DNA from: an uncultured Clostridia bacterium
GTDB lineage: Bacteria; Acidobacteriota; Aminicenantia; UBA2199
Direction of reading: 5' to 3'
DNA: 64,000 nt
Assembly: GCA_964422395.1 (NCBI GenBank)
Contig: CAYRAO010000003.1
Span: 90,344-154,343, forward strand
The translations under genes were made by a program, and so were the position numbers. The notes beneath the pieces are model-generated. The model worked only from the letters and a program-made list of their open reading frames with translations. It ran no database searches and was not told the origin of the DNA. This document shows positions 45,516-56,172 of the stretch, one piece after another. Every line of letters begins with the position of its first letter. Within the stretch, counting starts at the first letter, position 1.

Positions 45516-47810
45516 ATGAATGAATTTTTAAAAAGGATAATTAACCGAAAATGGGTTTCAATATTTATAATCGTAGCAATATCCGCCGTATTTTTCATGA
45601 TCATGAAAAAAAATACAAGGATGGAGACCGATTTAGACAAATATATGCCGGATAAACATCCCGCTTTTGTTTACAGCAATAAGGCTGAGGAGTGGTTCAA
45701 TATAAAAGACGGAATAATAATTGCCATTGAAAACAAAGAGGGCATTTACAATTCAAAGACTTTCCGGAAGATAAAAACTCTCACAAAGCGACTTCAAAAG
45801 ATGAAAGAAATTGAAAAAGACGATGTGATTTCTCTCTATACGGCAGACAATATAATCGGGACGGAGGAGGGGATGGATGTTAAGCCTTTCTTTAAAAGAG
45901 TTCCGAAGAGTTCCGAAGAGCTTAAAAGAATACGGGAGAATGTCAGGAAGAATGAGATGGTTTTCGGAAGGTTGGTTTCAACCGACGAGAAAGTAACGGT
46001 AATTATTGCGGAAATAGGAGATGACACTTTTTCTCAGGAGTTTTACCATCGGATTTTAAAAGTTGCAAAAGAGTTCGAAGGACCGGAGAAACTCTATGTT
46101 GCCGGTAGACCGATTGTCGAAGGAACAATGGCTTATTTGGGTCCGAGAGATATGAAAAAAATGGTTCCCATTGTTATTCTAATTATCATTGTTGTTCTCT
46201 TGCTTCTCCTTAAAAGCTTCAAAGCAATGCTGTTGACTATGTCCGTTGTTCTGTTTAGTACAATTTGGACGTTCGGTTTAATGGCAAGTGTGAATATTCC
46301 GATTTATGCTGTTTCTACCATGATACCGGTTATGCTTATTGCCATAGGAGTTGCAGACGGAATTCATCTTTACAGTCACCTCCACTTATTTTTAAAAGAA
46401 CACCCTACCGCATCAAAGAAGGAAGCTGTAACGGATATGATACATGAAATGTGGAAGCCGGTAACAATGACGTCCATAACCACTGCAGTAGGTTTTATCT
46501 CTTTGATTACGTCTCAGGTATATCCGATAAAATATTTTGGTATTTTTACGGCATTCGGGGTGATGATGGCTATGGTATTTTCCCTTATCTTAATTCCAGC
46601 CGGACTCATGGCTTTCGGGCTTCCGAAATGGAGAAAAGAGAATAAAGAAAAATCCTCAGACGGGACACCTCGGTTTAGTCAAAAATTTTCTTCGTGGGTC
46701 ATTAAGAATAGATACGTAACAATAATGGTAACCGTCATTATTGTTTCCATATCTGTAATGGGGATAGGAAAGGTGTGGATAAACTCAAGTTTTCTGGAAA
46801 AATTTGAAAAAGATAGCGATATTGTCCTTACCGACAAATTCATTAATCAAAATTTTGGAGGGACTTCATCTTTGAACGTTATATTGAATTCAAAAGAGAA
46901 AGATGCATTTAAAAATCCTGAAATTTTGAAACTAACGGACAAGATGCAAAATGATGTGGAACAACTTAAGATCGTAGGGAACTCATTTTCACTGGCTGAT
47001 TATCTAAAACGGATGAACAAAGTAATGCATGCCGATAAAGAGGAGTTTGATAAAATTCCCGAATCGAAGTCGTTGAATGCACAATACTTGCTTTTATATG
47101 AGATGTCCGGTGATCCTGAAAATTTATGGAAAGTTGTTAACTTTAATTACCAAAAAGCAAATCTGTTTATTCAGTTAAAGAGTGATAATTCCAAGGCTAT
47201 AAATACTGCAATCGGGATAATAAAAAAATATGAACCTGAATTCAATAAACTCAATGTTGATATAAACTATGCAGGTTCGGGTTATAAAGGGTTGGTGTTT
47301 ACCAATCTTATATTGGAGGGGCAAATTCTTAGTCTCTTATTATCACTGATTATAGTAATTGTTCTCCTTGCAATAATGTTCAAAAATGTAGTGATCGGAT
47401 TAATTGCTTCCATACCTATCATAATAACGGCAGTAATTAGTTTTGGGATTATGGGATTGCTGAATATCCCTTTAAGTACGACGACCGCTCTTCTATCAAG
47501 TATTGCAATAGGAATAGGTATTGACTATGCCGTTCATTTTATTGAGAGGTATAAGATATATGCAATGGAAACCGGAGATAAGATAAATACCGGAAAGCTT
47601 ACAATGCATCACTCCGGAAGGGCAATAGTCTTTAACGCTCTTGTTGTGATAGCCGGATTTTTAGTTCTGTTATTTTCGGTATTTCCTCCGAACAGGTCAC
47701 TTGGTGCTTTGGTCTCGTTGAACATGTTCACAAGTTTTCTCGGCACAATAACAATAATGTATCTGATTCTTTATGTTTCCGATATATATTTTAGGAAGAA
47801 AGTTAAATAA
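45516..47810 (+). CDS. MMPL/RND-superfamily exporter (12 TM, two large periplasmic loops)
   Basis: Two 6-TM bundles (about 225-370 and 590-760), each preceded by a periplasmic domain of about 200 aa. HpnN/MmpL-like topology. Confidence 0.8.
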   Translation: MNEFLKRIINRKWVSIFIIVAISAVFFMIMKKNTRMETDLDKYMPDKHPAFVYSNKAEEWFNIKDGIIIAIENKEGIYNSKTFRKIKTLTKRLQKMKEIEKDDVISLYTADNIIGTEEGMDVKPFFKRVPKSSEELKRIRENVRKNEMVFGRLVSTDEKVTVIIAEIGDDTFSQEFYHRILKVAKEFEGPEKLYVAGRPIVEGTMAYLGPRDMKKMVPIVILIIIVVLLLLLKSFKAMLLTMSVVLFSTIWTFGLMASVNIPIYAVSTMIPVMLIAIGVADGIHLYSHLHLFLKEHPTASKKEAVTDMIHEMWKPVTMTSITTAVGFISLITSQVYPIKYFGIFTAFGVMMAMVFSLILIPAGLMAFGLPKWRKENKEKSSDGTPRFSQKFSSWVIKNRYVTIMVTVIIVSISVMGIGKVWINSSFLEKFEKDSDIVLTDKFINQNFGGTSSLNVILNSKEKDAFKNPEILKLTDKMQNDVEQLKIVGNSFSLADYLKRMNKVMHADKEEFDKIPESKSLNAQYLLLYEMSGDPENLWKVVNFNYQKANLFIQLKSDNSKAINTAIGIIKKYEPEFNKLNVDINYAGSGYKGLVFTNLILEGQILSLLLSLIIVIVLLAIMFKNVVIGLIASIPIIITAVISFGIMGLLNIPLSTTTALLSSIAIGIGIDYAVHFIERYKIYAMETGDKINTGKLTMHHSGRAIVFNALVVIAGFLVLLFSVFPPNRSLGALVSLNMFTSFLGTITIMYLILYVSDIYFRKKVK

Positions 47811-47830
47811 ATTAAGAAAGGGGGTTATAA

Positions 47831-48613
47831 ATGACAATTAAAAAAATTAACATTTTAGTAATGGCAATCATTATTTTCGGGGGAGTTGTTTATTCTCAGG
47901 AAAAAGTTGACGGGTTGGAGATAATAAAAAAGGTTTACAACAGAGAGACAGGAAAAGATCAAACTGCACAATTGACAATGACTTTGATAGATTCGCGAAA
48001 GAATAAGAGAATAAGAACCATTAAACAATTTTTAAAAAACGGAAAGAGTGTTGAAAAAAAGATTATGTTCTTTATCTCTCCGGCAGATGTTAGAAATACC
48101 TCCTTTATGAACTGGAGTTATTCAAAAGAGGGAAAAGGTGATGATCAGTGGATATATCTTCCGGCACTAAAGAAAATAAAAAGAATTTCAAATGACAGTA
48201 AGAGTGACTATTTTATGGGATCTGATTTTACATACGATGATCTCGGTGACAGAAAACCCTCTGAGGATAATCATAAATTTCTTCGCATGGAAAAAATAGG
48301 AGATGACAATTGTTACGTGATCGAGAGTAAGCCAAAAGAGGAAGAATATATGTATTCGAGGACGATCACTTGGATAATAAAAGACAAATGGATTGGGAAA
48401 AAGAAAGAGTTTTATGATGAAGACGGTGAATTATTGAAAATATTGGAAGTAAAGGAGTATAAAAAAATAAACGGATATTGGATCATTTTACACTCCGAAA
48501 TGAAAAATATTCAAAAAAAACATTTAACGGATATGTCACTGACTAATGTAAAAATAAACGGTGGGATAGCACAGAGACAGTTTACGGAAAGAATGATGAA
48601 AAGAGGAATATGA
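47831..48613 (+). CDS. LolA-like (DUF1329-type outer-membrane lipoprotein-sorting-like) periplasmic protein
   Basis: Signal peptide. 260 aa. MGSDFTYDDLGDR block typical of the LolA-like family that accompanies MMPL exporters. Confidence 0.55.
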   Translation: MTIKKINILVMAIIIFGGVVYSQEKVDGLEIIKKVYNRETGKDQTAQLTMTLIDSRKNKRIRTIKQFLKNGKSVEKKIMFFISPADVRNTSFMNWSYSKEGKGDDQWIYLPALKKIKRISNDSKSDYFMGSDFTYDDLGDRKPSEDNHKFLRMEKIGDDNCYVIESKPKEEEYMYSRTITWIIKDKWIGKKKEFYDEDGELLKILEVKEYKKINGYWIILHSEMKNIQKKHLTDMSLTNVKINGGIAQRQFTERMMKRGI

Positions 48614-49857
48614 TGAAAAAAAGTATTTTAAAAATATTGGGAATAGCGGTTATATTTTTCTTACCGATATACAATATATCCGCTCAATCATTATCGTTTA
48701 ACGGATATGTCAGGAATTATAGCGGCATGCTCTTTTCCAATGATAATTATTATTCTATTATTCAGAATACATTTAGTCTCAACATAGAGAAATCCGGTGG
48801 TAAAGTTGCGTTCAAAGTTAACCCGTACATTAATCATTATCAAAATAAAGAATTGGAAATGGGATTGAGACAGGTCTATCTTGATATTTTTTTTAATTCA
48901 ATGGATATTCGGGTTGGGAAACAGCAGATAATTTGGGGTAAAGCGGATGGTGTCTTTATAACGGATGTAATATCTCCAAAAAACTTAAGAGAATTCTTAC
49001 TACCTGATTTTGATGAGATAAGAATGGGGGTTACTGCTGTAAAAATCGATTATTATATGGGTAATAACACCCTCGAATTGGTTTTTGTTCCTGTTTTTAC
49101 ACCTACAAAATTACCTGAACGGGATTCAATTTGGAGTCCCGATATGAATTTTAAATTGCAGTATGTTTTTGATTATTCAAAAAAAGAAGTTTTGCGAAAT
49201 TTAGGAAATAGCGAGGTGTTCTTAAAGTATTCCGTTCTTTCATCAGCTGTTGATTTTGAACTTATGGGCGGGTACATGTGGGATGATGACCCTACCCTTC
49301 ATACGATCAAAACCGTTGATATGACTACAATGCAGATAAGAACCCTAAAAATAACACCTCAACATCACAGATTGGGATTATTCGGAGGTAGTTTCAGTAC
49401 AACTCTCGGCGGTGTTGTTATAAGAGGAGAAGGTGCATATTATTTCGGTAAATATTTCCAATCGTCGGAAAAGAAATTAAAGGACGGAGTTATAGATAAA
49501 AACTATATTCACTACCTTCTCGGTCTTGATTTTACTTTGGCGGATATTAAAATGAGCATTCAATTTATTCAGCAGGTCATTTTAGATTATAACGATTTTA
49601 TTTTAAAGGACAGATCTGATAATACAATGACTTTTTTAGCAAGGAAAGATTTTCTTCGGGAAACTCTCGCTTTGGAATTATTTGCTTATATAGGATTAAA
49701 TGACGGAGATAGTCTTATACGTTTAAAGACGGTTTACAAACTTGTCGATGGTTTTGACATTTTACTCGGTGTAAATATTTTTAGCGGGAGTAAAGGTAAG
49801 TTCGGACAGTATGACCAAAATGATATGGTATATGTAAAACTTAAATACAGTTTTTGA
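48610..49857 (+). CDS. predicted outer-membrane β-barrel protein (DUF1302/alginate-export-like), overlaps previous gene
   Basis: Signal peptide (AQS). Alternating β-strand pattern. RVGKQQIIWGKADG motif. C-terminal aromatic residue (KYSF). Confidence 0.5.
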   Translation: MMKKSILKILGIAVIFFLPIYNISAQSLSFNGYVRNYSGMLFSNDNYYSIIQNTFSLNIEKSGGKVAFKVNPYINHYQNKELEMGLRQVYLDIFFNSMDIRVGKQQIIWGKADGVFITDVISPKNLREFLLPDFDEIRMGVTAVKIDYYMGNNTLELVFVPVFTPTKLPERDSIWSPDMNFKLQYVFDYSKKEVLRNLGNSEVFLKYSVLSSAVDFELMGGYMWDDDPTLHTIKTVDMTTMQIRTLKITPQHHRLGLFGGSFSTTLGGVVIRGEGAYYFGKYFQSSEKKLKDGVIDKNYIHYLLGLDFTLADIKMSIQFIQQVILDYNDFILKDRSDNTMTFLARKDFLRETLALELFAYIGLNDGDSLIRLKTVYKLVDGFDILLGVNIFSGSKGKFGQYDQNDMVYVKLKYSF

Positions 49858-50012
49858 TAACGAACAGGGATAATTGAGGATTGTTTCTATTACTTTTACA
49901 ATTATTTTACACTATCATTAAAATATTCCACTAATAATTGAAATGCTAATTATCCGTTTATTCTATTTCAGCATTAATGAATAAAATGGACAATTTTTCT
50001 ACAGACCGGATC

Positions 50013-51701
50013 TCATTCACGAAAATTTATTCCCATTCTTCTGTATATTTTGTAATGTGTTTTTACCCTTTTATGAAAGTCGTTCCATCTTCTGAGTACT
50101 TTTCTTGTCCATAGAACTTCCGCTAATGCGGCAATTCGGGGGAACATCATATATTCCGCATGATCTGGAGTAGAGATATATTCCGTCCAAAGATTTGCCT
50201 GTCCCCCGAGGATGTGTGTTTTTTCCTCTTCTGAAAGTTCAGACGGTATCGGTTCGAACGAATAAACTTTTTTTAACTCTAACATCCCTCCAATTGCAAG
50301 AGGTTCGGTTTTAGGATTGCCTTGATAATAGTCGAAATAACAATACGATGTCGGAGACATAATAACGTTGTGCCCCTCTTTTGCAGCCTTCACTCCTCCT
50401 TCCATTCCCCGCCAGGACATAACCGTGGCATCAGGTGCAAGACCTCCTTCAAGGATTTCATCCCATCCTATCAGTTTCTTTCCTTTGGAGTTGAGAAATT
50501 TTTCTATCCGCTTCACAAAATAGCTTTGAAGTTCATTCTCATCTTTTAAACCTTCATCTTTGATTCTTCTTTGGCAATCGGGGCAATTTTTCCATCTCTC
50601 TTTCGGACACTCATCACCACCTATGTGAATATACTTTGACGGGAAAAGTTCCATAACTTCCGAAAGGACATTTTCAATAAATTCGAATGTTTCTTCTTTT
50701 CCGGCACAGTAGACATCTTTATGAACTCCCCAAATTGTTTTGACTTCAAACGGTCCTCCCGTGCATGAAATCTCCGGATAAGCTGCAAGAGCGGCTACAG
50801 AATGCCCCGGCATCTCTATTTCGGGAATAATTGTGATATATCGGTCTTTTGCATATTTTATTATTTCTTTGATCTGATCTTGTGTATAAATTCCGCCGTG
50901 TTTTTTTCCATCGTATTGATTGGGAGTGTCACGTCTGTGTCCGATTACGGTCTCTTCCCTCCATGCACTTATTTTACTTAATTTCGGATATCTTTTTATC
51001 TCAATTCTCCATCCCTGATCTTCCGTGAGATGCCAATGGAATCTGTTTAATTTATACATTGCAAGGTGATCAATGAATTTTTTTATAAAGGGAACAGGCA
51101 TGTAATGTCTGCACGTGTCCAGCATCATTCCACGCCAACCGAAAACGGGAAGATCTTTTATGTCAAGAGAAGATAGAGCGATATTTTTATATGATTTGTT
51201 TTTACTATCATTAAGTTTTGCATACAGTAATTGTCTAAGTGTTTGAATTCCGTAAAACAGTCCGGCTCCTTTTTTTGCAGAGATAAGAATCTTTTTTTGA
51301 GAAATATTGATTGTGTAACCTTCGTTTTTGAATTTTTCCGGTTTTGTTTCCAGTTTAAGGATTATTGAATTTTCCGATTCTTTATCGTGATCACGGATCT
51401 TTGTCGTAAGATTAAAGCCTGAGGATGAATAAAAGATCTCTTTAAGATAATTTCCGAGCCATTGTAGCTCACTGCTGTTCCCATTAAAAAGAATTTTTGT
51501 AGAATCCGAGATTAAAAAGACCTCTTTTCCGTCTCTTTTCATTGTATCGGGTTTCGGGATTACCCCCATACTTTCTTTTTTCGGAAATACTAAGAATATT
51601 ATTAAAATTACAACAGGAACACAAATTGCAATTACAATTCTTTTTTTGGTCATATTACCCCACAATAAGATACTATAGCATGAAAAGTTTCTTTTTTTCA
51701 A
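50013..51701 (-). CDS. β-N-acetylhexosaminidase (GH20)
   Basis: GH20 catalytic region (HIGGDECPKERW; pair D-E in GGDE). N-terminal TM/signal. An alternative ATG start lies at 51653. Confidence 0.85.
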   Translation of the reverse strand: MKKRNFSCYSILLWGNMTKKRIVIAICVPVVILIIFLVFPKKESMGVIPKPDTMKRDGKEVFLISDSTKILFNGNSSELQWLGNYLKEIFYSSSGFNLTTKIRDHDKESENSIILKLETKPEKFKNEGYTINISQKKILISAKKGAGLFYGIQTLRQLLYAKLNDSKNKSYKNIALSSLDIKDLPVFGWRGMMLDTCRHYMPVPFIKKFIDHLAMYKLNRFHWHLTEDQGWRIEIKRYPKLSKISAWREETVIGHRRDTPNQYDGKKHGGIYTQDQIKEIIKYAKDRYITIIPEIEMPGHSVAALAAYPEISCTGGPFEVKTIWGVHKDVYCAGKEETFEFIENVLSEVMELFPSKYIHIGGDECPKERWKNCPDCQRRIKDEGLKDENELQSYFVKRIEKFLNSKGKKLIGWDEILEGGLAPDATVMSWRGMEGGVKAAKEGHNVIMSPTSYCYFDYYQGNPKTEPLAIGGMLELKKVYSFEPIPSELSEEEKTHILGGQANLWTEYISTPDHAEYMMFPRIAALAEVLWTRKVLRRWNDFHKRVKTHYKIYRRMGINFRE

Positions 51702-51809
51702 TATGATAGGTGCAAAATGGATATATCTCTTATATTTGAAACAAGTTAATATCTTGAGTAAATACGGAAATTCCGGTAGAATTAAATTGTAATTGAAACG
51801 GAGGAGAGT

Positions 51810-53258
51810 GTGAAGAAAAAATCGATGTTATCTGTTGTAATCTTTTTGATGATTTTAACTCTTTACAATTGCCGTTTGGATGAAAAAGATGAGAATCCTA
51901 TTCCGATTCTAACATCTATATCTCCTTCATCCAAGGCTGTAAATATGCCGTCATTTACGTTAACGGCACGTGGAAGCGGTTTTATCGCAGATTCCCGTAT
52001 TGTATATAACGATGTTGAACTAACTACGAATTTTATCAATTCCAATACGGTAAGTGCCAGAATAAGTAGTAATAAAATAAAAAAGAACGTTAATAATGTA
52101 TCCGGATTAAACGGAAAAATCCACTCGGTATTTATAAGGAATCCGGAACCGGGGGGTGGAGATTCCGCTTCTTTGAAATTAAGTATTACTTACAATCACA
52201 CTTTCCCTGGACCTCTTGAGATTTTCGAGACAGGTCACTCTTACGGAAATCCTGTTATAGCTGTCGACGGGAAAAATAAAATTTATATAATATTTGAAAA
52301 TTATAATTATCAGAATAAAATATACAATATATCCGTTATAAAATCTGTGGATTACGGAAAAACATGGAGTAAACCGCAACATTTGGTGGAATTTGATCGA
52401 AAATGCTACAATCCGGCAATTGCCATTGGGTCGGATGGCAATGTTTATGTTACCTTTTATGTTATTAAACTTTATTTTATGTATCTTAAGAACGGGGAGA
52501 GCAAATGGAGTCCGCCGCGAGAATTGACGAGTGATACAAATATACCTTTAAAGTCAGCATTATCTGTTGATAGAAACAATAAAGTTGATATAATCTGGTC
52601 ACAATCCGACAACAATTATAACAACAAAATTTACTATACAAATACTATGAGTAGCAGTATGAATTTTTCAACTCCGGTGAATATTTTTAAAGGTTGGGAA
52701 AATTATTCTTTGGTCTCCGATCTTGCAATTTCCTCTGATGGGGACGGTAATGTTTATGCTACATGGACATCGTGGCCAAGTGGAGGTAGTAAATATAGTC
52801 ACTCTGTTTTTAATTATTCAAACGATGAAGGTGTGACCTGGGGATCACCGGATAAGGTATTCAGTGTTTGTTCCTCTTCGGATATGGATGTTGATCCTGA
52901 CGGAAATATCGGTTTAATCGTTTCAAGTTCCTATCTCCCTTTTAGAAATCAGATAGTATTTTACAAATCTATCGACAATGGTCAATCGTTCGGTTCGACT
53001 GTTAAAATAACCGGTGGTTTTAATGATTACAACCCAAAAATTTCCATTGATTCGGTTTCAAACATTAATGTTATTTTTAAACTAAATAAAAGATACTATT
53101 ATTGCAGGTCAATTAACAAAGGGAAAAAATGGGCGGCACCGTTCTCCATAGGTAACATTGGCGGGGGTGCGGATATTGCATTGGATAAAGAAGGGAATGT
53201 ATATGTTGTATCCGGACATTATTCCAAGCTTTTTTTTCTAAGGAATAGTACCGATTAA
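51810..53258 (+). CDS. lipoprotein with IPT/TIG-like domain and BNR (sialidase-like) β-propeller repeats
   Basis: Lipobox LTLYNC. BNR-like motifs DYGKTW, DEGVTWGSP, DNGQSFGST, NKGKKWAAP. Confidence 0.65.
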   Translation: MKKKSMLSVVIFLMILTLYNCRLDEKDENPIPILTSISPSSKAVNMPSFTLTARGSGFIADSRIVYNDVELTTNFINSNTVSARISSNKIKKNVNNVSGLNGKIHSVFIRNPEPGGGDSASLKLSITYNHTFPGPLEIFETGHSYGNPVIAVDGKNKIYIIFENYNYQNKIYNISVIKSVDYGKTWSKPQHLVEFDRKCYNPAIAIGSDGNVYVTFYVIKLYFMYLKNGESKWSPPRELTSDTNIPLKSALSVDRNNKVDIIWSQSDNNYNNKIYYTNTMSSSMNFSTPVNIFKGWENYSLVSDLAISSDGDGNVYATWTSWPSGGSKYSHSVFNYSNDEGVTWGSPDKVFSVCSSSDMDVDPDGNIGLIVSSSYLPFRNQIVFYKSIDNGQSFGSTVKITGGFNDYNPKISIDSVSNINVIFKLNKRYYYCRSINKGKKWAAPFSIGNIGGGADIALDKEGNVYVVSGHYSKLFFLRNSTD

Positions 53259-53324
53259 GTTAATTAATGTTAAATCAAATTATCATAAATTAATCGGATT
53301 AATTCAGAGGTGAATTGAAAATTA

Positions 53325-54389
53325 TTAAGATAATCTGGAAATTATCTCATCACCCATTTCCGATGTCGATACGTAATTATCGTCTTTTGATATATCTCTT
53401 GTCATAATTCCGGCGTTAAGGGTCTCTTTTACGGAATTAAAGATCTTTTTTGAAAAATCCGGTTTATTAAATGAATATTCAAACATCATTGCTGTTGAGA
53501 GTATCTGGGCAATAGGATTTGCAATTCCCTTTCCTGCAATGTCCGGAGCCGATCCCCCTGCCGGCTCAAAAAGATTTATCTTTTTACCTATTGATGCCGA
53601 AGGTAACATTCCCAAGGAGCCTGTAATTGCAGCTGATTCATCTGAAATTATGTCTCCAAACATATTTGTGGTTAATAATACATCAAATTGAGATGGATCC
53701 AATACCATCTGCATCGCAGCATTATCAATATATAAATGATTTAATTTTATATCTTTGTACTTTTTATGAATATTCCCGACTGTCTTTCTCCATAGCATAG
53801 AGCTGTAAAGTACATTAGCTTTGTCAATAGAGGTTATTTTGCCTGACCTCTTTTCTGCAATTTTAAATGCAATTTCTACAATTCGTTCAACTTCCTCCTT
53901 ATGGTAAATCATGGTATCGGTTGCATAATTGTCAGTTATAATTTTCGGCTGTCCGAAATAGATACCGGAAGAAAGCTCTCTTACGGTAACCATGTCAATT
54001 TTTTTGTTCGTAATATCCGATGACAGAGGGGAGAATTTCTTTAACTTTTCGTATAGTATAACAGGTCTGATATTTGCAAATAGATCCATTTTTTTTCTTA
54101 ATTTTAAAAGTCCCCCGATTTCGGGTTTTTCTTCAGGTGGTAAATTATCCCATTTATGACCTCCGATGGAGCCGAGTAAAACGGCATCGGAAGACAGAGC
54201 ATTATCGACGGTTTCGCTTGGTAATGGTGTTCCGAACTCATCTATTGCAGCACCTCCGATTCTACTCTCTCTTATATCAAATTTCATATTAAATATTTTT
54301 TCCGTTCTTTTTAACACCTTTAATGCCTCTGCCATCACTTCGGGACCGATTCCGTCTCCTGATAATACCGCTATTTTGTATTTATTCAT
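53325..54389 (-). CDS. leuB: 3-isopropylmalate dehydrogenase
   Basis: [13 protein letters not shown], and [12 protein letters not shown]-type block ([27 protein letters not shown]). Confidence 0.95.
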   Translation of the reverse strand: MNKYKIAVLSGDGIGPEVMAEALKVLKRTEKIFNMKFDIRESRIGGAAIDEFGTPLPSETVDNALSSDAVLLGSIGGHKWDNLPPEEKPEIGGLLKLRKKMDLFANIRPVILYEKLKKFSPLSSDITNKKIDMVTVRELSSGIYFGQPKIITDNYATDTMIYHKEEVERIVEIAFKIAEKRSGKITSIDKANVLYSSMLWRKTVGNIHKKYKDIKLNHLYIDNAAMQMVLDPSQFDVLLTTNMFGDIISDESAAITGSLGMLPSASIGKKINLFEPAGGSAPDIAGKGIANPIAQILSTAMMFEYSFNKPDFSKKIFNSVKETLNAGIMTRDISKDDNYVSTSEMGDEIISRLS

Positions 54390-54898
54390 TTATCTTCTCC
54401 AATATTTACCGACATGTTTTTTTTAGCATAATTCATCCATCCACCCTCTTTTATAATATTTTGCAGGAATGGAGGATACGGTGAAAAATTATAAATTTTT
54501 TTATTTGAAATATTTATTATTTTTCCCGATTTGAAATCGATCGATATTTCATCTTCCTCTTTGAATTGAGACGTATCTTTTAATTCGATTATGGGAAGTC
54601 CGATATTAATACAATTTCTGAAAAAGATTCTTGCAAAAGATTCGGCAATTACACATCTTATACCTGAAGATTTTATTGAAATGGGAGCATGTTCTCTTGA
54701 TGAGCCACACCCGAAATTTGCACCTGCAACGATTATAGAGCCGTTTACGTCGTCTCTTTTACCGAAGCCCGGTCTTAAATCTTCCATACAATATAGTTTT
54801 AAAATTTCGTTGTCCGAATTGTTTAAATACCTTGCCGGTATTATTTCATCCGTATTAACATCTTTTCCAAACTTAAACAACTTTCCTTCTATTTTCAT
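54386..54898 (-). CDS. leuD: 3-isopropylmalate/citramalate dehydratase small subunit (short, type-2 LeuD)
   Basis: 170 aa. [14 protein letters not shown] motif. Confidence 0.9.
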   Translation of the reverse strand: MKIEGKLFKFGKDVNTDEIIPARYLNNSDNEILKLYCMEDLRPGFGKRDDVNGSIIVAGANFGCGSSREHAPISIKSSGIRCVIAESFARIFFRNCINIGLPIIELKDTSQFKEEDEISIDFKSGKIINISNKKIYNFSPYPPFLQNIIKEGGWMNYAKKNMSVNIGEDK

Positions 54899-56172
54899 TT
54901 AAATTCTCCGGATATGTAACCGTTAATTGCCGAGTAAGCGGCAATTGCAGGTGACGATAGATATACTTCACTCTTTGTATGTCCCATTCGTCCTACAAAA
55001 TTTCTGTTTGTAGTCGAAATTGCCTTTTCTCCGTTTGCAAGTATCCCCATATGGCCTCCGAGACAGGGACCGCATGTCGGAGTCGATACCGCACATTCGG
55101 AATCTATAAAAATATCCATCAGCCCTTCTCTCATTGCCTGCCTGTAAATTTTCTGTGTCCCGGGAAAGATTAAACATCTTGTGTCTTCATTTACCTTTTT
55201 CCCTTTTAATATTTTTGCCGCAACTCTTAAATCCTCAATTCTTCCGTTAGTGCAAGAACCTATAACAACTTGATCAATCCGAACCTCATCCTTTTCCGCT
55301 TCATCAATGTCTTTGCAATTTGAGGGGAGATATGGATAGGCAACCTGAGGCTTTAAATCCGAAAGATTTATTTTTATTTCTTTGGCAAAATTTGCATCGG
55401 AATCATTCTCCAATAATAACGATTCTATTCCAAGTTTCTTTTCGTGTTCAATAGTAATATCATCAACAGGGAAAATACCGGTTTTTGCTCCGGATTCTAT
55501 TGCCATGTTCGAGACTGTAAACCTGCCTTCCATGGAGATGTTTTTTATTCCCGATCCAGAAAATTCAAGGGAATTATAATTTGCACCGTCAACTCCCAAA
55601 ATAGATATGATTTTTAATATCAAATCCTTTGCAGAACTTATTCCTACAAAATCTCCGGTTAAATGAATATTTATTGACTCGGGTACTTTAAACCATGCTT
55701 TTCCTGTAAGATATACGCCGGCGAGATCAGTTGAACCCATCCCCGTCGAAAATGCACCCAATGCCCCGTAAGTGCATGTATGTGAATCTGCTCCAACGAT
55801 TAAATCTCCTGATTTTACAAGACCCTTTTCAGGTAAGAGGACATGCTCAATACCCATTCTGCCAACATCGTAAAATTTTTTAATTCCCTTTTCTCTTGCA
55901 AAATTTCTGATAAATTGAACTTGTTTTGCAGCCAATATATCTTTATTGGGTACAAAATGGTCCATTACCATTACGACCTGTTTTTCACAAAAAATATTTT
56001 TACCGCCTGTCTTATTAAACTCCTTTATTGCAACGGGTGCGGTTACATCATTTGCCAAAGCGACATCAACATCTAAAAGTAAATAATCACCTGCTTTTAC
56101 CGTTTTTTTTGCTTTTCTTGAGAGAATTTTCTCACTCAGAGTCTGCTTCTCATTCACTTTCTTCTCCTTCAT
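54895..56172 (-). CDS. leuC: 3-isopropylmalate/citramalate dehydratase large subunit (type-2 LeuC)
   Basis: 425 aa aconitase-family protein. Fe-S ligand region CTNGR...CGPCLG. Confidence 0.95.
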   Translation of the reverse strand: MKEKKVNEKQTLSEKILSRKAKKTVKAGDYLLLDVDVALANDVTAPVAIKEFNKTGGKNIFCEKQVVMVMDHFVPNKDILAAKQVQFIRNFAREKGIKKFYDVGRMGIEHVLLPEKGLVKSGDLIVGADSHTCTYGALGAFSTGMGSTDLAGVYLTGKAWFKVPESINIHLTGDFVGISSAKDLILKIISILGVDGANYNSLEFSGSGIKNISMEGRFTVSNMAIESGAKTGIFPVDDITIEHEKKLGIESLLLENDSDANFAKEIKINLSDLKPQVAYPYLPSNCKDIDEAEKDEVRIDQVVIGSCTNGRIEDLRVAAKILKGKKVNEDTRCLIFPGTQKIYRQAMREGLMDIFIDSECAVSTPTCGPCLGGHMGILANGEKAISTTNRNFVGRMGHTKSEVYLSSPAIAAYSAINGYISGEFK

